DNA of 64,000 nucleotides, from assembly GCA_031315915.1 (NCBI GenBank), contig JALDRK010000020.1:211-64210 (forward strand). Reading direction: 5' to 3'. The translations under genes were made by a program, and so were the position numbers. Numbering within the stretch: the stretch's first letter is position 1; every line of letters begins with the position of its first letter. The DNA is from Nitrospirales bacterium (lineage in GTDB: Bacteria; Nitrospirota; Nitrospiria; Nitrospirales; UBA8639). Of the stretch, positions 30,934-41,432 are shown one piece after another. The notes beneath the pieces were generated by a model that made no database searches, was not told where the DNA came from, and saw only the letters and a list, made by a program, of their open reading frames with translations.

Positions 30934-31137
30934 CTATCCAAGCTGGGTTGCAAACTTTTTGCGTGACCGGCCCAGGAGAGGCTCGTGATGATTGGTTCGA
31001 TTGGCAAAAATCACCGGGTCTAAAATTTCACCGCACGTGATACATCGCCATCCTGAAAAATACATGGCCCCCGCTTCGTCGGCCACGTCGCCAAACTTAT
31101 CGGATACCATTACGCCTTTGCATCGTGGACAATCCAT
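30934..31137 (-). CDS. 67-aa zinc-ribbon protein
   Basis: ORF 30934..31311. ATG 31137 follows GAAGGAGAG. CPRC...CITC four-Cys arrangement. Confidence 0.6.
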   Translation of the reverse strand: MDCPRCKGVMVSDKFGDVADEAGAMYFSGWRCITCGEILDPVIFANRTNHHEPLLGRSRKKFATQLG

Positions 31138-31217
31138 ACCGTGCTCTCCTTCCCCATAATATCGATGATTAAAAACAGGAAAAAACATAAATGGACGATG
31201 AAGTACCTTAATGAATG

Positions 31218-31233
31218 AGCAAACTATATGCCT
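31218..31233 (-). promoter_or_regulatory. candidate sigma-54 (-24/-12) promoter for the Zn-ribbon gene
   Basis: The minus strand reads aGGCATatagtTTGCt. GG and GC are spaced exactly as in TGGCAC-N5-TTGCW. The element lies ~80 nt upstream of ATG 31137. Confidence 0.45.
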
Positions 31234-31292
31234 ACAATAATGAATCATAAGTATTTGATATATATATAAATTTTTATTGATTTTATTTAACG

Positions 31293-31311
31293 ATGTTTCA
31301 TTATGAAACAT
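31293..31311. promoter_or_regulatory. perfect 9-bp inverted repeat (possible activator binding site)
   Basis: ATGTTTCAT-t-ATGAAACAT in the AT-rich spacer, ~60-80 bp upstream of the candidate -24 element. Confidence 0.35.
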
Positions 31312-31439
31312 ATAATTTTCATTGGAATTGATAAAATATGCCTAAGCACTTGATTTAAATATATTAAGTCATAACTGTAACCAATTAGTAACCAACTGTA
31401 TTGTTTTGGAACACACTTCATTTATTACCATTATTACCA

Positions 31440-32804
31440 TCAATCTAAACCCAACTCTTTGACCTTTCTCCATAATGTTGTTCGACTAATACCTAGTTGC
31501 TGGGATGCCTGACGCAACCGACCGCTGGAATTCCTCAATGCCACTCTTATAGCCTGTCGTTCCAAATCACCCAAGGATTTGGCTTTCCCGGACCGAGGCT
31601 TTTTCTGTACGACGTTCTGGATGTCCTCGGGAAGGTGAGCCAACTCCACCATATCTTTTTGACAGCAGACAAATGCATGCTCCATCACATTTTGCAATTC
31701 CCGAATATTCCCAGGAAAGGCATAGTCCAATAAAGCGGTGAGACATACCGGAGACAACCCGACGATCTGCTTGCGCATCACTTCATTAAATTTGAGACGA
31801 AAATGATTGGCCAACAGGGGGATATCCTCTTTCCGTTCACGAAGCGGAGGAAGTTCTATGGGAATGACGCGAATCCGATATAATAAATCTTCACGAAAGC
31901 GACCGGACTGCACGTCATGTTCGAGATTTCGATTTGTGGCCGCCACGATCCGAACATCCACGATTTGAGTTTCATTGGAACCAACCCGCTCAAATCGTCC
32001 GCGCTCCAACACTCCCAGTAATTTGACTTGAGTCGCCGGGGACATTTCTCCGATTTCATCGAGAAAAATTGTCCCGCCATCGGCCATTTCAAATCGTCCG
32101 GGTTTATCGAAAAACGCGTTGGTAAACGCACCCTTCACATGCCCGAACAATTCGCTTTCCAACACTCCCTCCGACAGAGAGGAGCAATTCACTACCACGA
32201 ACGGGGCCTGGCTTCTGGGACTGTGGGCATGGAGGGCTTGGGCAATCAACTCCTTCCCGGTCCCGCTTTCCCCGGTAATGAGGATCGAGGCTTTGGACGC
32301 AGCGATCGTCGGCAACTTGCCAAGAATCTCCTGTAGTTTGGGAGAACGACCCACAATATGATTTCCAATGGTCTGCTCGCCCAGGCAATGTCGTAACTCC
32401 GAGACCTCTGCCGTTTTTTGGCAGAGTTGCCGAGCCCAGGACATATCCCGAATGACTTCAACCAATCCCACCATCTTGCCGTCCTGATCCAACAAAAAAT
32501 CGGTACTGATATTGACAGGAATTAATACGCCATCCCGTCGGCGAACCATGGCTTCGAATTGCGTCACCCGATCCCCCTGCAGCGCACGCTCGAAGACACA
32601 ATCCTGACTGGAGCAAATGGAACTTTGCACGAGCACATCACAGGCTACTAATTGTTCCTTCACGCCCTCCTCATAACCCAACATGCGTTGTAAGGCTCGA
32701 TTGGCAAAGGTGATCCGTTTATGAAGATCGATGGTCATGACCCCATCGCTGATGCAATCCAAAATCGTTTCGGCGCCCTGAGCCCGAGAATTAGAATCAA
32801 ACAC
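31440..32804 (-). CDS. sigma-54-dependent transcriptional activator (PAS - AAA+ - Fis-type HTH)
   Basis: PAS N-terminus, Walker [15 protein letters not shown] loop (GAFTGA variant), FLDEIGEM, and a C-terminal HTH ([19 protein letters not shown]). Confidence 0.9.
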   Translation of the reverse strand: MFDSNSRAQGAETILDCISDGVMTIDLHKRITFANRALQRMLGYEEGVKEQLVACDVLVQSSICSSQDCVFERALQGDRVTQFEAMVRRRDGVLIPVNISTDFLLDQDGKMVGLVEVIRDMSWARQLCQKTAEVSELRHCLGEQTIGNHIVGRSPKLQEILGKLPTIAASKASILITGESGTGKELIAQALHAHSPRSQAPFVVVNCSSLSEGVLESELFGHVKGAFTNAFFDKPGRFEMADGGTIFLDEIGEMSPATQVKLLGVLERGRFERVGSNETQIVDVRIVAATNRNLEHDVQSGRFREDLLYRIRVIPIELPPLRERKEDIPLLANHFRLKFNEVMRKQIVGLSPVCLTALLDYAFPGNIRELQNVMEHAFVCCQKDMVELAHLPEDIQNVVQKKPRSGKAKSLGDLERQAIRVALRNSSGRLRQASQQLGISRTTLWRKVKELGLD

Positions 32805-33057
32805 GGTCCTGTCCCCTGTAATTGATGTTGGGTTTTTCCCTCTTCACCGCGTGACCTTTCCCTCGGCAATCGGCTATGCTGCCCCTTAATAACCGTGGCC
32901 CGAGCCTCAACTTCTAATAGGCAGTGTAAGCCAACCCAAGAGTCTTCCACAAACCTCGAGTCATTATCCTGTTGCCAACCATTCACTCATACCCATATCT
33001 TGCTCCGGGACAGCTATTAAGTGACTCTTTCGTACCCATGGAGAGGATATATTTCTA

Positions 33058-33897
33058 ATGGAATTCGCGTTCTTGGGGACCACTTTTGCCGCCATACCCT
33101 ATCCGGAGATCGACCCGGTATTCTTCAGGATCGGCCCCTTAGCGTTCCGCTGGTATGGCTTGATGTATTTGCTGGGATTAGGGGCGGCCTATTGGCTGAT
33201 CAAATCGCGAGCTACGAACAAGAACGTTGCCCTGACTCCCCAACAACTGTCCGATTTAATCGTCTTTGCGGCATTTGGCGTATTTTTGGGAGGCCGGCTT
33301 GGCTATATCCTTTTTTATAACCTCTCTTTTTACCTTCAAAACCCCTTGAAAATTTTTGCGGTGTGGGAAGGCGGCATGTCCTTTCATGGGGGACTCATCG
33401 GAACCTGCGTGGCCATCTGCCTCTTTTGTGTCAAACGTGGCTTGCCGATTTGGCCTATAGCCGATTTGGCTGCCGGGGCGGCTCCAATCGGCCTGGGGTT
33501 GGGGAGATTGGGAAATTTCATTAATGGGGAATTGTTCGGAAGAACCACGGACGTGGAATGGTGCATGGTCTTTCCACAGGGGGGGCCGGACTGTCGCCAC
33601 CCGTCTCAATTGTACGAAGCGGGACTGGAGGGCATACTCCTCTTTACCGTGCTGACGATTATCTGGCGTCGACCGGCTCCGCCAGGAACCATCTTCTGGT
33701 CATTTATCTGTGGGTACGGAATCGCCAGATTTTTCGTGGAATTTTTTCGACAACCTGACAGCCACTTGGGCTTCATCGTTCAATGGATCACCTTGGGACA
33801 ACTGCTGTGCCTACCGATGATTGCCGGTGGCTTGTTCATGGTCTTGAGAGGCTATCGAACGACTCCGGTTTCTGCGTATTCCCCGCAGTCTCAATAA
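33058..33897 (+). CDS. lgt: prolipoprotein diacylglyceryl transferase
   Basis: IDPVFFRIGPLAFRWYGLMYLLG, GGRLGYILFYN, GGMSFHGGLIG and GRLGNFINGELFG. Confidence 0.9.
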   Translation: MEFAFLGTTFAAIPYPEIDPVFFRIGPLAFRWYGLMYLLGLGAAYWLIKSRATNKNVALTPQQLSDLIVFAAFGVFLGGRLGYILFYNLSFYLQNPLKIFAVWEGGMSFHGGLIGTCVAICLFCVKRGLPIWPIADLAAGAAPIGLGLGRLGNFINGELFGRTTDVEWCMVFPQGGPDCRHPSQLYEAGLEGILLFTVLTIIWRRPAPPGTIFWSFICGYGIARFFVEFFRQPDSHLGFIVQWITLGQLLCLPMIAGGLFMVLRGYRTTPVSAYSPQSQ

Positions 33898-34367
33898 CCT
33901 CCGGCGCCGCCTCCAAGCCCTCCAGGACCACCAATCCCGCCAAACGCCGGCATGGCCGGCGCGGCCGCCGGTTGCTGCGGGGCATCAGGCACATTGCCAT
34001 ATCGCCGGAGCGGAGGGGAATTCCAAATAACTTTATGGCCAGGGGCCAGGTTGGCCGCTTCGATATAATGTTTCTTGGCATTGGCAGCATCTCCCAACCG
34101 TTCCAACGACAACGCCAAATTGTAGTGGGCTTCCGCTAAATCGGGTTGTTGATCAATAGCGGCTTCAAATTGCCGACGAGCCGCCTCCCACTGCCCCTCT
34201 CCGAAACGTTGATTCCCTTCTAACAACAGTGTCCGAGCCTGCTCTTGGGCATTGGGAGGCGGTTCCAATACGACAAGGGGAACGGGTTTGTTATCAGACG
34301 CACAACCAGCCACTCCCCATAGCAGCAAACACCATCCCAACATGCTAATCCACCATCGTCCATTCAT
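33891..34367 (-). CDS. TPR-repeat lipoprotein with a Gly-rich C-terminus
   Basis: Lipobox LWGVAGC|A, a TPR unit (AEAHYNLALSLERLGDAANAKKHYIEA) and the tail GGIGGPGGLGGGAGGY. Confidence 0.7.
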   Translation of the reverse strand: MNGRWWISMLGWCLLLWGVAGCASDNKPVPLVVLEPPPNAQEQARTLLLEGNQRFGEGQWEAARRQFEAAIDQQPDLAEAHYNLALSLERLGDAANAKKHYIEAANLAPGHKVIWNSPPLRRYGNVPDAPQQPAAAPAMPAFGGIGGPGGLGGGAGGY

Positions 34368-34382
34368 GTGATCCTCCTGTTC

Positions 34383-37300
34383 TTACATCCTCTCAATTTT
34401 CGTACAACCGTTAGAGGCCAAGGGGACGACTTCTATCCGGTCCAACCGTAGAAACAAGAGTTTACACCCTTTTACTTCCAGACCCAAGCTCTGGGAAACC
34501 GCTTGGGCATAGAGTTCCGCCTGGCAGCGGTATTCTTCTAACCGGGATGGCACCTGCCTTTCGTCAATGGCATCGGTTTTGTAGTCGCCTACCCAATAGT
34601 CCCCGTCTTTTTCATACACCACGTCCAACACCCCTTCCAGGATTCCCATGTTAGCCGGGTCGGATGGACCCGTTCTTTGCGTATGAAAAACCCATGGAAC
34701 GGTCACCGGAACTTCCCGCCCTAAGATCCGTGCTTGCTGCAGTTCACGAAAAATCCGTGTCCGAGGAAATGCGCTCAACATCTCCTTCATCTCCAAAAAC
34801 AATGTACTTTCGGATTCCAAAGAGAGCGCGGCGCGTGGAATCCGGCAAAACTCATCAAGGGAGCGATGAAACGTCTCCTCATCTTGAGAAAAAGGACAAA
34901 GCTCGAGAAATCGATGAATCAGAATACCCAACTGCGGACCGGTTCTGAACTCGTTGCCACTAGCCCAGTCCCAGGCATTTGCTCTCCCAGGTTTTTGCCA
35001 GGAGGAAGGTGTCGTCCAAGCCATCGATTCCTGAGCCTTCCGCCATCGTTCCTCGCGTGCTTTCCATCGATCTGAAGAGGGAGCAACGCAACCAGCCTCC
35101 GCCGGCGAATTCTGTCTGCTCCCCACGGTTTTCGGTTGGCTTGATCGGGAACCCACGACGGTTTGGGAAAAAGAGACCGGCCCCACCTGTACAATTGAAC
35201 AATGGGGATTTCCCAAGTCCTCTCCAATCATTTCACGCAACAACCCCAAAGGCGTCGCACCTCCTCGCTGAGCGGTCAATCCGCCGGATAAGACCAATCG
35301 GTCTTTTGCCCTGGTCATACCCACATACAGAACCCGACGTTGCTCGGCTTCCTCCTGTTCCCGTTGTTTTTCCCAGAGAGGCAACTGACTCGCATTGCAC
35401 CAACGTGAAAACGTGCATCCATACAACCCGCTGATCCAATCCCGTGTCAAACTCGCGCCACTCTCCTGTCCTCCGGCTTTCACATGCAAGCCGGGCAATA
35501 TCACAACGGGAAATTCCAATCCTTTGGCTTTATGGATTGTCAGCACCCGAACCGCATCCAGCGAGTCTTCCGCCAAGGGCGCTTCGGCTTCTTGAGGATG
35601 CGTACGCAGATGGTCGACCAACCGACTTACGATCCCGGAAATGGTCAAGGCCGAATCCCGACCCATCTCCACGATCATGGCTCGCAGTTTCCATAGGTTG
35701 ACCACGGCTTGTTCGCCATGACTGGATGCGGCCGCTAACTCTACCAGAGGAAGCTCGATAAACAACTGATTCAGAAGGTGTGAAATGGAGCACCTTTTTG
35801 ACGACCGGTGAAGGGCTGCCAGACGCTCACACAGGCTACGCACGGATTCCTTTCGGTCACTCTGCCAGGCTTCCAGCCATTGCAAATGGCTCACATCCAG
35901 ACGAACGCCTGCAGAATCCTCGCGCGCCAATGCCATGATGTCCGAATCCGGCACCCCACCCAACGAGGACCGAAGCATTCCGATCAACGCGATGCTATCC
36001 GCCGGGTCATCGATAAGCCGCAGGACGTTGACCAGATCAATGACTTCTTGTCGCTGATAAAAATGTCGTTCCCCATCCGTCACATAGGGAATGCCTCGAC
36101 GCCGCAACGCCTCGACATACCATTGGGCATTCGTCAATTTTCGAAACAACACCGCAATATCTCCTGGGCGTATTGACTGCATCGAGGATTTGTGATGCTC
36201 GCTTCGCCTGCCTAAACTGAGTGACTCCTGTATCCAATCACCCAGCCACTCGGCCTCTGCCCTTGAAGCCCGCTCCGTATCCCATTCTCGCTCTCCTTCA
36301 GGTTGTGCCAAGACGAACAGTTCGACCCCTGCTCCCTTCCCCTCCTTCGACTCGCGTCCAGCCTGGAGCGGAACATGAGGGGGCTGGACCTGATCTTTCT
36401 GGATCAACAGCCGGTCAAACACCGCATTGACGACCTGAAGAATCGTACGATGGCTTCGAAAATTGGTGGTGAGGGTACACATCAGCGCCCCGGCTTGAAC
36501 CAGTTTATTCACCACCTGATCAAAAGCCGCAATGTCCGCACGACGAAACGCATAGATGGATTGCTTCGGATCGCCCACAATAAACAGTTTTCCCGGTACC
36601 ACCTGAATGTCTTGCCAGGATCGGACATGCTGACCGGAGCACTCGGCCAAATACAGCAGAATTTCATATTGCAACGGATCCGTATCCTGGAACTCATCGA
36701 TGAGAATGGCTTGATACTCCTGTTTCATCTGTTCCCGCACCAAGGGATAATCACGCAACAGATTCCGGACATTCGTCAGAAGTCCATCAAATCCGATCCA
36801 TCCCTGCACCCGATATCGTTGACGCACCCGTTCGACACAGGGGCTGATGAGCGCGAGCACCTGTTCCAATAGCGAATGGTTAATTTTGAGCACATGTTGA
36901 GCCGATTGGATGATTCGCTTAGCGAGTTGGAATTCCGTGGGATCCCAGTCGCGGGGAGCGGTTCCCACCGCCGACTCCAGGCCACCCTTTCCGCTCTCCA
37001 CCAAACCTTCGGTATCCAGCGTTTCACGATTCATCGCCTGCTCAAATATTCGGCATGCGGCTTCGAGACTCCGTTCGATTTTTCTGGGTTTCGGTCGTCG
37101 GTAAACCCGGAGAATCGCCTGAGCTTGTTCAGCCTTATTCATCAGCCACCGGCCGAGCACCCGCTGTTGGTGAAAATCGTTCGCTAAAACCGAAGTCCGT
37201 AATTCAGTCAATTCGCAGTCCTGGCGGGCAATCATCAACGCCAGCGACCGAACTTCCTGAATAGGTAGCCGTTGCAGTACCGATTCCCAACGGGCATGAG

Positions 37301-37853
37301 TGAGACCTCCGGGTCCTAATTCCCCCTCCAACCATGAGTCCCACATCTGGTCGAATAGTTCTTCAAAATGAGATCCGGCATCTTCCTGAAAATTTGGGGC
37401 CACGTGAGCCTCCAAAGGGTACAGGCGCAAGACCGACGCCGCAAAACTGTGCAGCGTGCGAATATGAGCCTTTTCCAGATCTTTCAAGGCCATTTCTGCG
37501 CGATCCCGAATCTTATCCGTGGAGAGAAGATACCGATCCTGAAACGCTCGCAACCCAGCACAGCCAGCCACATCCCCTTCACGCTCGCCCCGACATTCAT
37601 CCAATATCGCCTGAAGCCGCTCACGCAACCGGAGCTTCATTTCATTGGCCGCTTTATTGGTGAAAGTCAACGCCAATATATTCTCCAGCTTGATGGGGTG
37701 CGGTTCACCCAACACAGCATGCAGAAGGCGATTCACTAGCAAGGTTGTTTTCCCCGTACCGGCTCCCGCCAACACCACTACATTCCGATCGAACGTCGTT
37801 TCGGCAGCTTCGCGAGCGTCCGCATCGGGAAGATGGACTGACTCAGTCACCAT
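34383..37853 (-). CDS. addA: AddA-type ATP-dependent helicase/nuclease (UvrD-like helicase plus C-terminal PD-(D/E)XK nuclease)
   Basis: ORF 34383..37958. Start moved to MVTESVH, which gives an 11-nt overlap with addB. Walker A LAGAGTGKTT, LIDEFQDTD, and nuclease motif GVLDVVYEKDGDYWVGDYKTD. Confidence 0.85.
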   Translation of the reverse strand: MVTESVHLPDADAREAAETTFDRNVVVLAGAGTGKTTLLVNRLLHAVLGEPHPIKLENILALTFTNKAANEMKLRLRERLQAILDECRGEREGDVAGCAGLRAFQDRYLLSTDKIRDRAEMALKDLEKAHIRTLHSFAASVLRLYPLEAHVAPNFQEDAGSHFEELFDQMWDSWLEGELGPGGLTHARWESVLQRLPIQEVRSLALMIARQDCELTELRTSVLANDFHQQRVLGRWLMNKAEQAQAILRVYRRPKPRKIERSLEAACRIFEQAMNRETLDTEGLVESGKGGLESAVGTAPRDWDPTEFQLAKRIIQSAQHVLKINHSLLEQVLALISPCVERVRQRYRVQGWIGFDGLLTNVRNLLRDYPLVREQMKQEYQAILIDEFQDTDPLQYEILLYLAECSGQHVRSWQDIQVVPGKLFIVGDPKQSIYAFRRADIAAFDQVVNKLVQAGALMCTLTTNFRSHRTILQVVNAVFDRLLIQKDQVQPPHVPLQAGRESKEGKGAGVELFVLAQPEGEREWDTERASRAEAEWLGDWIQESLSLGRRSEHHKSSMQSIRPGDIAVLFRKLTNAQWYVEALRRRGIPYVTDGERHFYQRQEVIDLVNVLRLIDDPADSIALIGMLRSSLGGVPDSDIMALAREDSAGVRLDVSHLQWLEAWQSDRKESVRSLCERLAALHRSSKRCSISHLLNQLFIELPLVELAAASSHGEQAVVNLWKLRAMIVEMGRDSALTISGIVSRLVDHLRTHPQEAEAPLAEDSLDAVRVLTIHKAKGLEFPVVILPGLHVKAGGQESGASLTRDWISGLYGCTFSRWCNASQLPLWEKQREQEEAEQRRVLYVGMTRAKDRLVLSGGLTAQRGGATPLGLLREMIGEDLGNPHCSIVQVGPVSFSQTVVGSRSSQPKTVGSRQNSPAEAGCVAPSSDRWKAREERWRKAQESMAWTTPSSWQKPGRANAWDWASGNEFRTGPQLGILIHRFLELCPFSQDEETFHRSLDEFCRIPRAALSLESESTLFLEMKEMLSAFPRTRIFRELQQARILGREVPVTVPWVFHTQRTGPSDPANMGILEGVLDVVYEKDGDYWVGDYKTDAIDERQVPSRLEEYRCQAELYAQAVSQSLGLEVKGCKLLFLRLDRIEVVPLASNGCTKIERM

Positions 37854-40800
37854 GAATACCCTGTTTTTTGAGGAAACGAAATTCTCTTGCCAGAGGAAAT
37901 CGTTGCACTCTTGCCCAGGAAGGATGGTGCCGAGATCGACAAGCACCGGCCCAGGCACAATTGCGGCAATGGGTTCCCGAGATGAAAAAAAACTTGCCTT
38001 CTTTTATGGCATTGGTCCATTTGAAAATATTTTGCGCCAGTTGCTTCCCCGCTGCCCCGACCCAGATGTCCGCGGCAAAGGAGGCCGATCCTATTGAAGA
38101 TATTTGGTAGGGCCGGATAAAACGAAACTCCACGACTTTGACCGGCACGGAAGTTTCCGCATACTTTGAACGAGGCTCCTCGCTTTGAAACGAAGAGAAC
38201 AACGCATAGAATGGAGCCTGGAGCCGTTGACCCCGAACCGCATCGACGAGTAAATCGGGGTCCGGGATATCTTTCGCGCGACTCCAGGAAAATTTATAAT
38301 CCACGATGCGGACCCCCTGCCCGGCCGACCCTTGATCGACACGATCCACCCGTCCGAAAATGGGCAAATCATGTTCTTGTTCATGGGACCATGGTGAAAA
38401 TCTTCCTGTTCCTTCAGCCTCATGTAAGATGGGCACCCAGCCTTGTTTCACAAATTCTTCTTGATCCAGGGCCACCACATTTCCGATCAAACCGCTCAAT
38501 CGCTTGAGCAGACTTCGCCAGAGCATGAGGTATCCCGTTCCATACACACGGGCATAGATCCGGGTCTTCTGCTGAATGAATTCATGAATCATTTCTCGGA
38601 GATGTCCACCTTCAATAGGCTCGCCCGGCCATCCGTCCTGTGCCAGCTTCTCATATACGGTCTGCAACATCTCGTGTCCCAATTGGCCCCAGACGCGAGC
38701 GGGAAGTTCCCTGGTCACAGGATCGCGGATATCTTGTGTCCTTAACACTTCCTGCATCCAATACCGCAACGGACATTGGACATAGCGCTCCAGTGCCGTG
38801 GGCGATAAACCTCGTATCTGCAGATTTTGCCAATGGATATGATCGGGTTCCACAAGACCGTCGAACGAACCAACGGCCAAATCGCTTCGCTCAAGAACCG
38901 CCAGAGCCCGCAGGCCATTGTCCAATATCACTTGCCATTGACTGGGACCCGAACGATCTCCGAAGTATAGTTGTCCTTGCAGCAACGAAAGGAGGCGACC
39001 TTCTTGTGGAGTATACAATTCAGCCGCACAGACTGAATGGGTTTGACGCTCCACCAGGCTCAACGGCACATGCAGAAGGGAAGGGTTCACGACACCGGAA
39101 TGTTGAATATCCCTTGAAAGGAAGGAAGACGGAATGAGAGGCCGCCCCTGACTATCGGCTCGTTGGTACAGTAAATACATGCGCTCTTTCGCCGAATTCT
39201 CCAACAGGGCAAACAATAACGCTTCCTCATCGAGGCCTTTCAATTTTTCATCAACCTTATAGCCTAAACTCTCCGCCAGGACCCGGCGATCCCGATCTCG
39301 TAAAAAGGCATCTTCCCTGACCACTCGAGGAAACACCTGATCATTCAATCCGAGTATCATCAAGGCACGAAACCCACATCCTCTTGCCGCCATGACGTCC
39401 ATCACCTGAACCCCAACCTGACTTTGGCCCGGAAGAGGCAGTCGCTCTTCTTCCAGGAGTTCCCGAAATCGCTCCACCCAGAGTTCGGCCGTGATCTGTT
39501 TTTCGAAGCGATCCCATTGTCCAAGCATCCTCATGATACGCTGCACACATTCGCCGAGCTGTTGGCCAAGAAGTTCCTCATTCGGATTTTGACCCGGGAC
39601 CTGAGAATCATCTGGAACACATAAACAATTCTGACACATTCGTTCGAAATGAGCGGTCATTTCCCCCACCGACCCGGATGAGGGACACGAGTCAACTTCC
39701 TGGATCAACCGCATCAGATCATGGACGAATGCGCTCACATCGTCTTCCAGCATATGAGGAGGCAAACGATGCGAACCGAACAACTCTTGAAGGGAGGCCG
39801 CATCTCTCAACAAGTCGGACAATCGTTCCCAGTCAGCCAACCCTCGGACTATTCGCGTCTGTCGAACCAGGCGCCACCACCAATGAGCATTCTCCGACAA
39901 TGAGCGGGAAGACTGTTCCCTGGAACGGTAATAGGGAGACGTCAGAATATCCATGACCGCCTGAACCGGAAAATCGTCCTGCTTCAAACCGGCCAATTGC
40001 CACCAAATTTTCGCCCAGGGTTCTTCGAGAAATGGTCGGGTCCCTGTGGTCGAAAAAGGAATCCGATGCTCATGAAAGATCCTGCTCAGATACGGACTAT
40101 ACCCTTCCAGGTTTCTGGCCACGATGCCTATTTCGTGAAAGGCATAGCCATCGGTTTCCACCAAACGCAGAATGGATTGACACGCGAAATGTAATTCTCC
40201 TTGCTCCCCAACCGCACTCACGATGTGCTTGGTCGGCCGCATGGACATTGGCTGCTTACCCACGTGGGCAGTGCGACCAGTCCCCACGTATTGACGCTCT
40301 ACTCGCCCTTTCAGCAAGTACCGTTCAAGAAACCGTTGCGCAAACTGATAGGCAGGTCCTTCTTCCAAAGGAAAGAACACTCTCACGGGCCTGGCACGGG
40401 CCACTTCTTCCAACAGAGACAACTGCACCTGGGTTAAGTCATAAAACCCGTAATAAAAAATATGTGACCATCTCGAAATAAGAGAAGAGTGAGAAACCCA
40501 TGGAAGAATCGATTGGGCCAGATCATCAGGCAATCCCACATTGAGGTGCCGGCTCCATTGTCCAACGGCAGCCTGGATAGAAAATACATGTGATAGGCGC
40601 TCGCGGCTCGGATCCTCAAACATCCCTTCTTGAATGGCACGCGACCCGACCTCAGGGTCGACTTGCCCTTCTTGCAGATCTCGAATGGTGCGCCAGATGG
40701 CCTGACGCATTCCCCGTGAGCGGTCGAGTGAACCTTCAGAGCCAAAGGACAGACCCAATTGCCCCAATAACCATGGCACCATCCATTCATACCAGCGGTC

Positions 40801-41085
40801 ATCGACCAATTCGAGAGGCGTGGCGGAGGAATCGACAGATCGGTCGAGGAGAGCTCGTTCGGCATGCAGGCGGAGGGCCAATTGATGGAACGTCAAAAAA
40901 GACACATCAAAGAGGGAGAGGCCCTGCTCGACACATAAAACCCATTGCACACGTCGCCGCATGACATCGGAGGGAACAATGATCGCCAGGGGGACTTGTA
41001 TATCATCCGCTTTAAACAGACGGACCGACTCAACTAACGATGTTTCGAGAGAAGGGTAAAAGGAGCCCGTCAGCAGAGTAAACAT
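37843..41085 (-). CDS. addB: AddB-type helicase-nuclease subunit with a C-terminal Fe-S 'staple' nuclease domain
   Basis: 1080 aa. Nuclease motif RIVDYKFS and terminal CRNCAWAGAC (C-x2-C-x5-C). Located directly upstream of addA. Confidence 0.8.
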   Translation of the reverse strand: MFTLLTGSFYPSLETSLVESVRLFKADDIQVPLAIIVPSDVMRRRVQWVLCVEQGLSLFDVSFLTFHQLALRLHAERALLDRSVDSSATPLELVDDRWYEWMVPWLLGQLGLSFGSEGSLDRSRGMRQAIWRTIRDLQEGQVDPEVGSRAIQEGMFEDPSRERLSHVFSIQAAVGQWSRHLNVGLPDDLAQSILPWVSHSSLISRWSHIFYYGFYDLTQVQLSLLEEVARARPVRVFFPLEEGPAYQFAQRFLERYLLKGRVERQYVGTGRTAHVGKQPMSMRPTKHIVSAVGEQGELHFACQSILRLVETDGYAFHEIGIVARNLEGYSPYLSRIFHEHRIPFSTTGTRPFLEEPWAKIWWQLAGLKQDDFPVQAVMDILTSPYYRSREQSSRSLSENAHWWWRLVRQTRIVRGLADWERLSDLLRDAASLQELFGSHRLPPHMLEDDVSAFVHDLMRLIQEVDSCPSSGSVGEMTAHFERMCQNCLCVPDDSQVPGQNPNEELLGQQLGECVQRIMRMLGQWDRFEKQITAELWVERFRELLEEERLPLPGQSQVGVQVMDVMAARGCGFRALMILGLNDQVFPRVVREDAFLRDRDRRVLAESLGYKVDEKLKGLDEEALLFALLENSAKERMYLLYQRADSQGRPLIPSSFLSRDIQHSGVVNPSLLHVPLSLVERQTHSVCAAELYTPQEGRLLSLLQGQLYFGDRSGPSQWQVILDNGLRALAVLERSDLAVGSFDGLVEPDHIHWQNLQIRGLSPTALERYVQCPLRYWMQEVLRTQDIRDPVTRELPARVWGQLGHEMLQTVYEKLAQDGWPGEPIEGGHLREMIHEFIQQKTRIYARVYGTGYLMLWRSLLKRLSGLIGNVVALDQEEFVKQGWVPILHEAEGTGRFSPWSHEQEHDLPIFGRVDRVDQGSAGQGVRIVDYKFSWSRAKDIPDPDLLVDAVRGQRLQAPFYALFSSFQSEEPRSKYAETSVPVKVVEFRFIRPYQISSIGSASFAADIWVGAAGKQLAQNIFKWTNAIKEGKFFFISGTHCRNCAWAGACRSRHHPSWARVQRFPLAREFRFLKKQGIHGD

Positions 41086-41149
41086 GAGAACCTGACCTTA
41101 CCAAATGGCAACGGCCAGCAACAGGAGAGATTGAGAGAAGAAAGTGGGA

Positions 41150-41356
41150 TTACCCGGTTTCCGGGCCGATTAATTCCCCATTGCAATCGGAACATCCCCA
41201 ATCGCCATCAATCATCGTCATCGGATCACCACAGAAGGGACAATCTGGCGGAGGGCCTGAATCGATCCGAGGGAGAACGGGAAGCTCAATATCAATTTCT
41301 GGTTCTTCATCTTCAACATGCATAAGAATCACCCAATCCACTAAAGATCTCTTCAC
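41150..41356 (-). CDS. small acidic zinc-ribbon protein (start uncertain: GTG 41356 or ATG 41323)
   Basis: CPFC-x13-CSDC arrangement with an acidic N-terminal stretch. Confidence 0.45.
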   Translation of the reverse strand: MKRSLVDWVILMHVEDEEPEIDIELPVLPRIDSGPPPDCPFCGDPMTMIDGDWGCSDCNGELIGPETG

Positions 41357-41432
41357 ACCAAAACCCTTTCGCCCACTGAGACTTCACTTGTCAAACAGGA
41401 CAGAGGCCAACGGGCAGACGTGTCGTCTTGGC

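Noticed and set aside
31423-31440. Direct repeat TGGTAATAA-TGGTAATAA (minus strand) at the end of the sigma-54 activator gene.
   Set aside because: It overlaps the stop codon region. It is too short and AT-rich to distinguish from chance in this AT-rich spacer.
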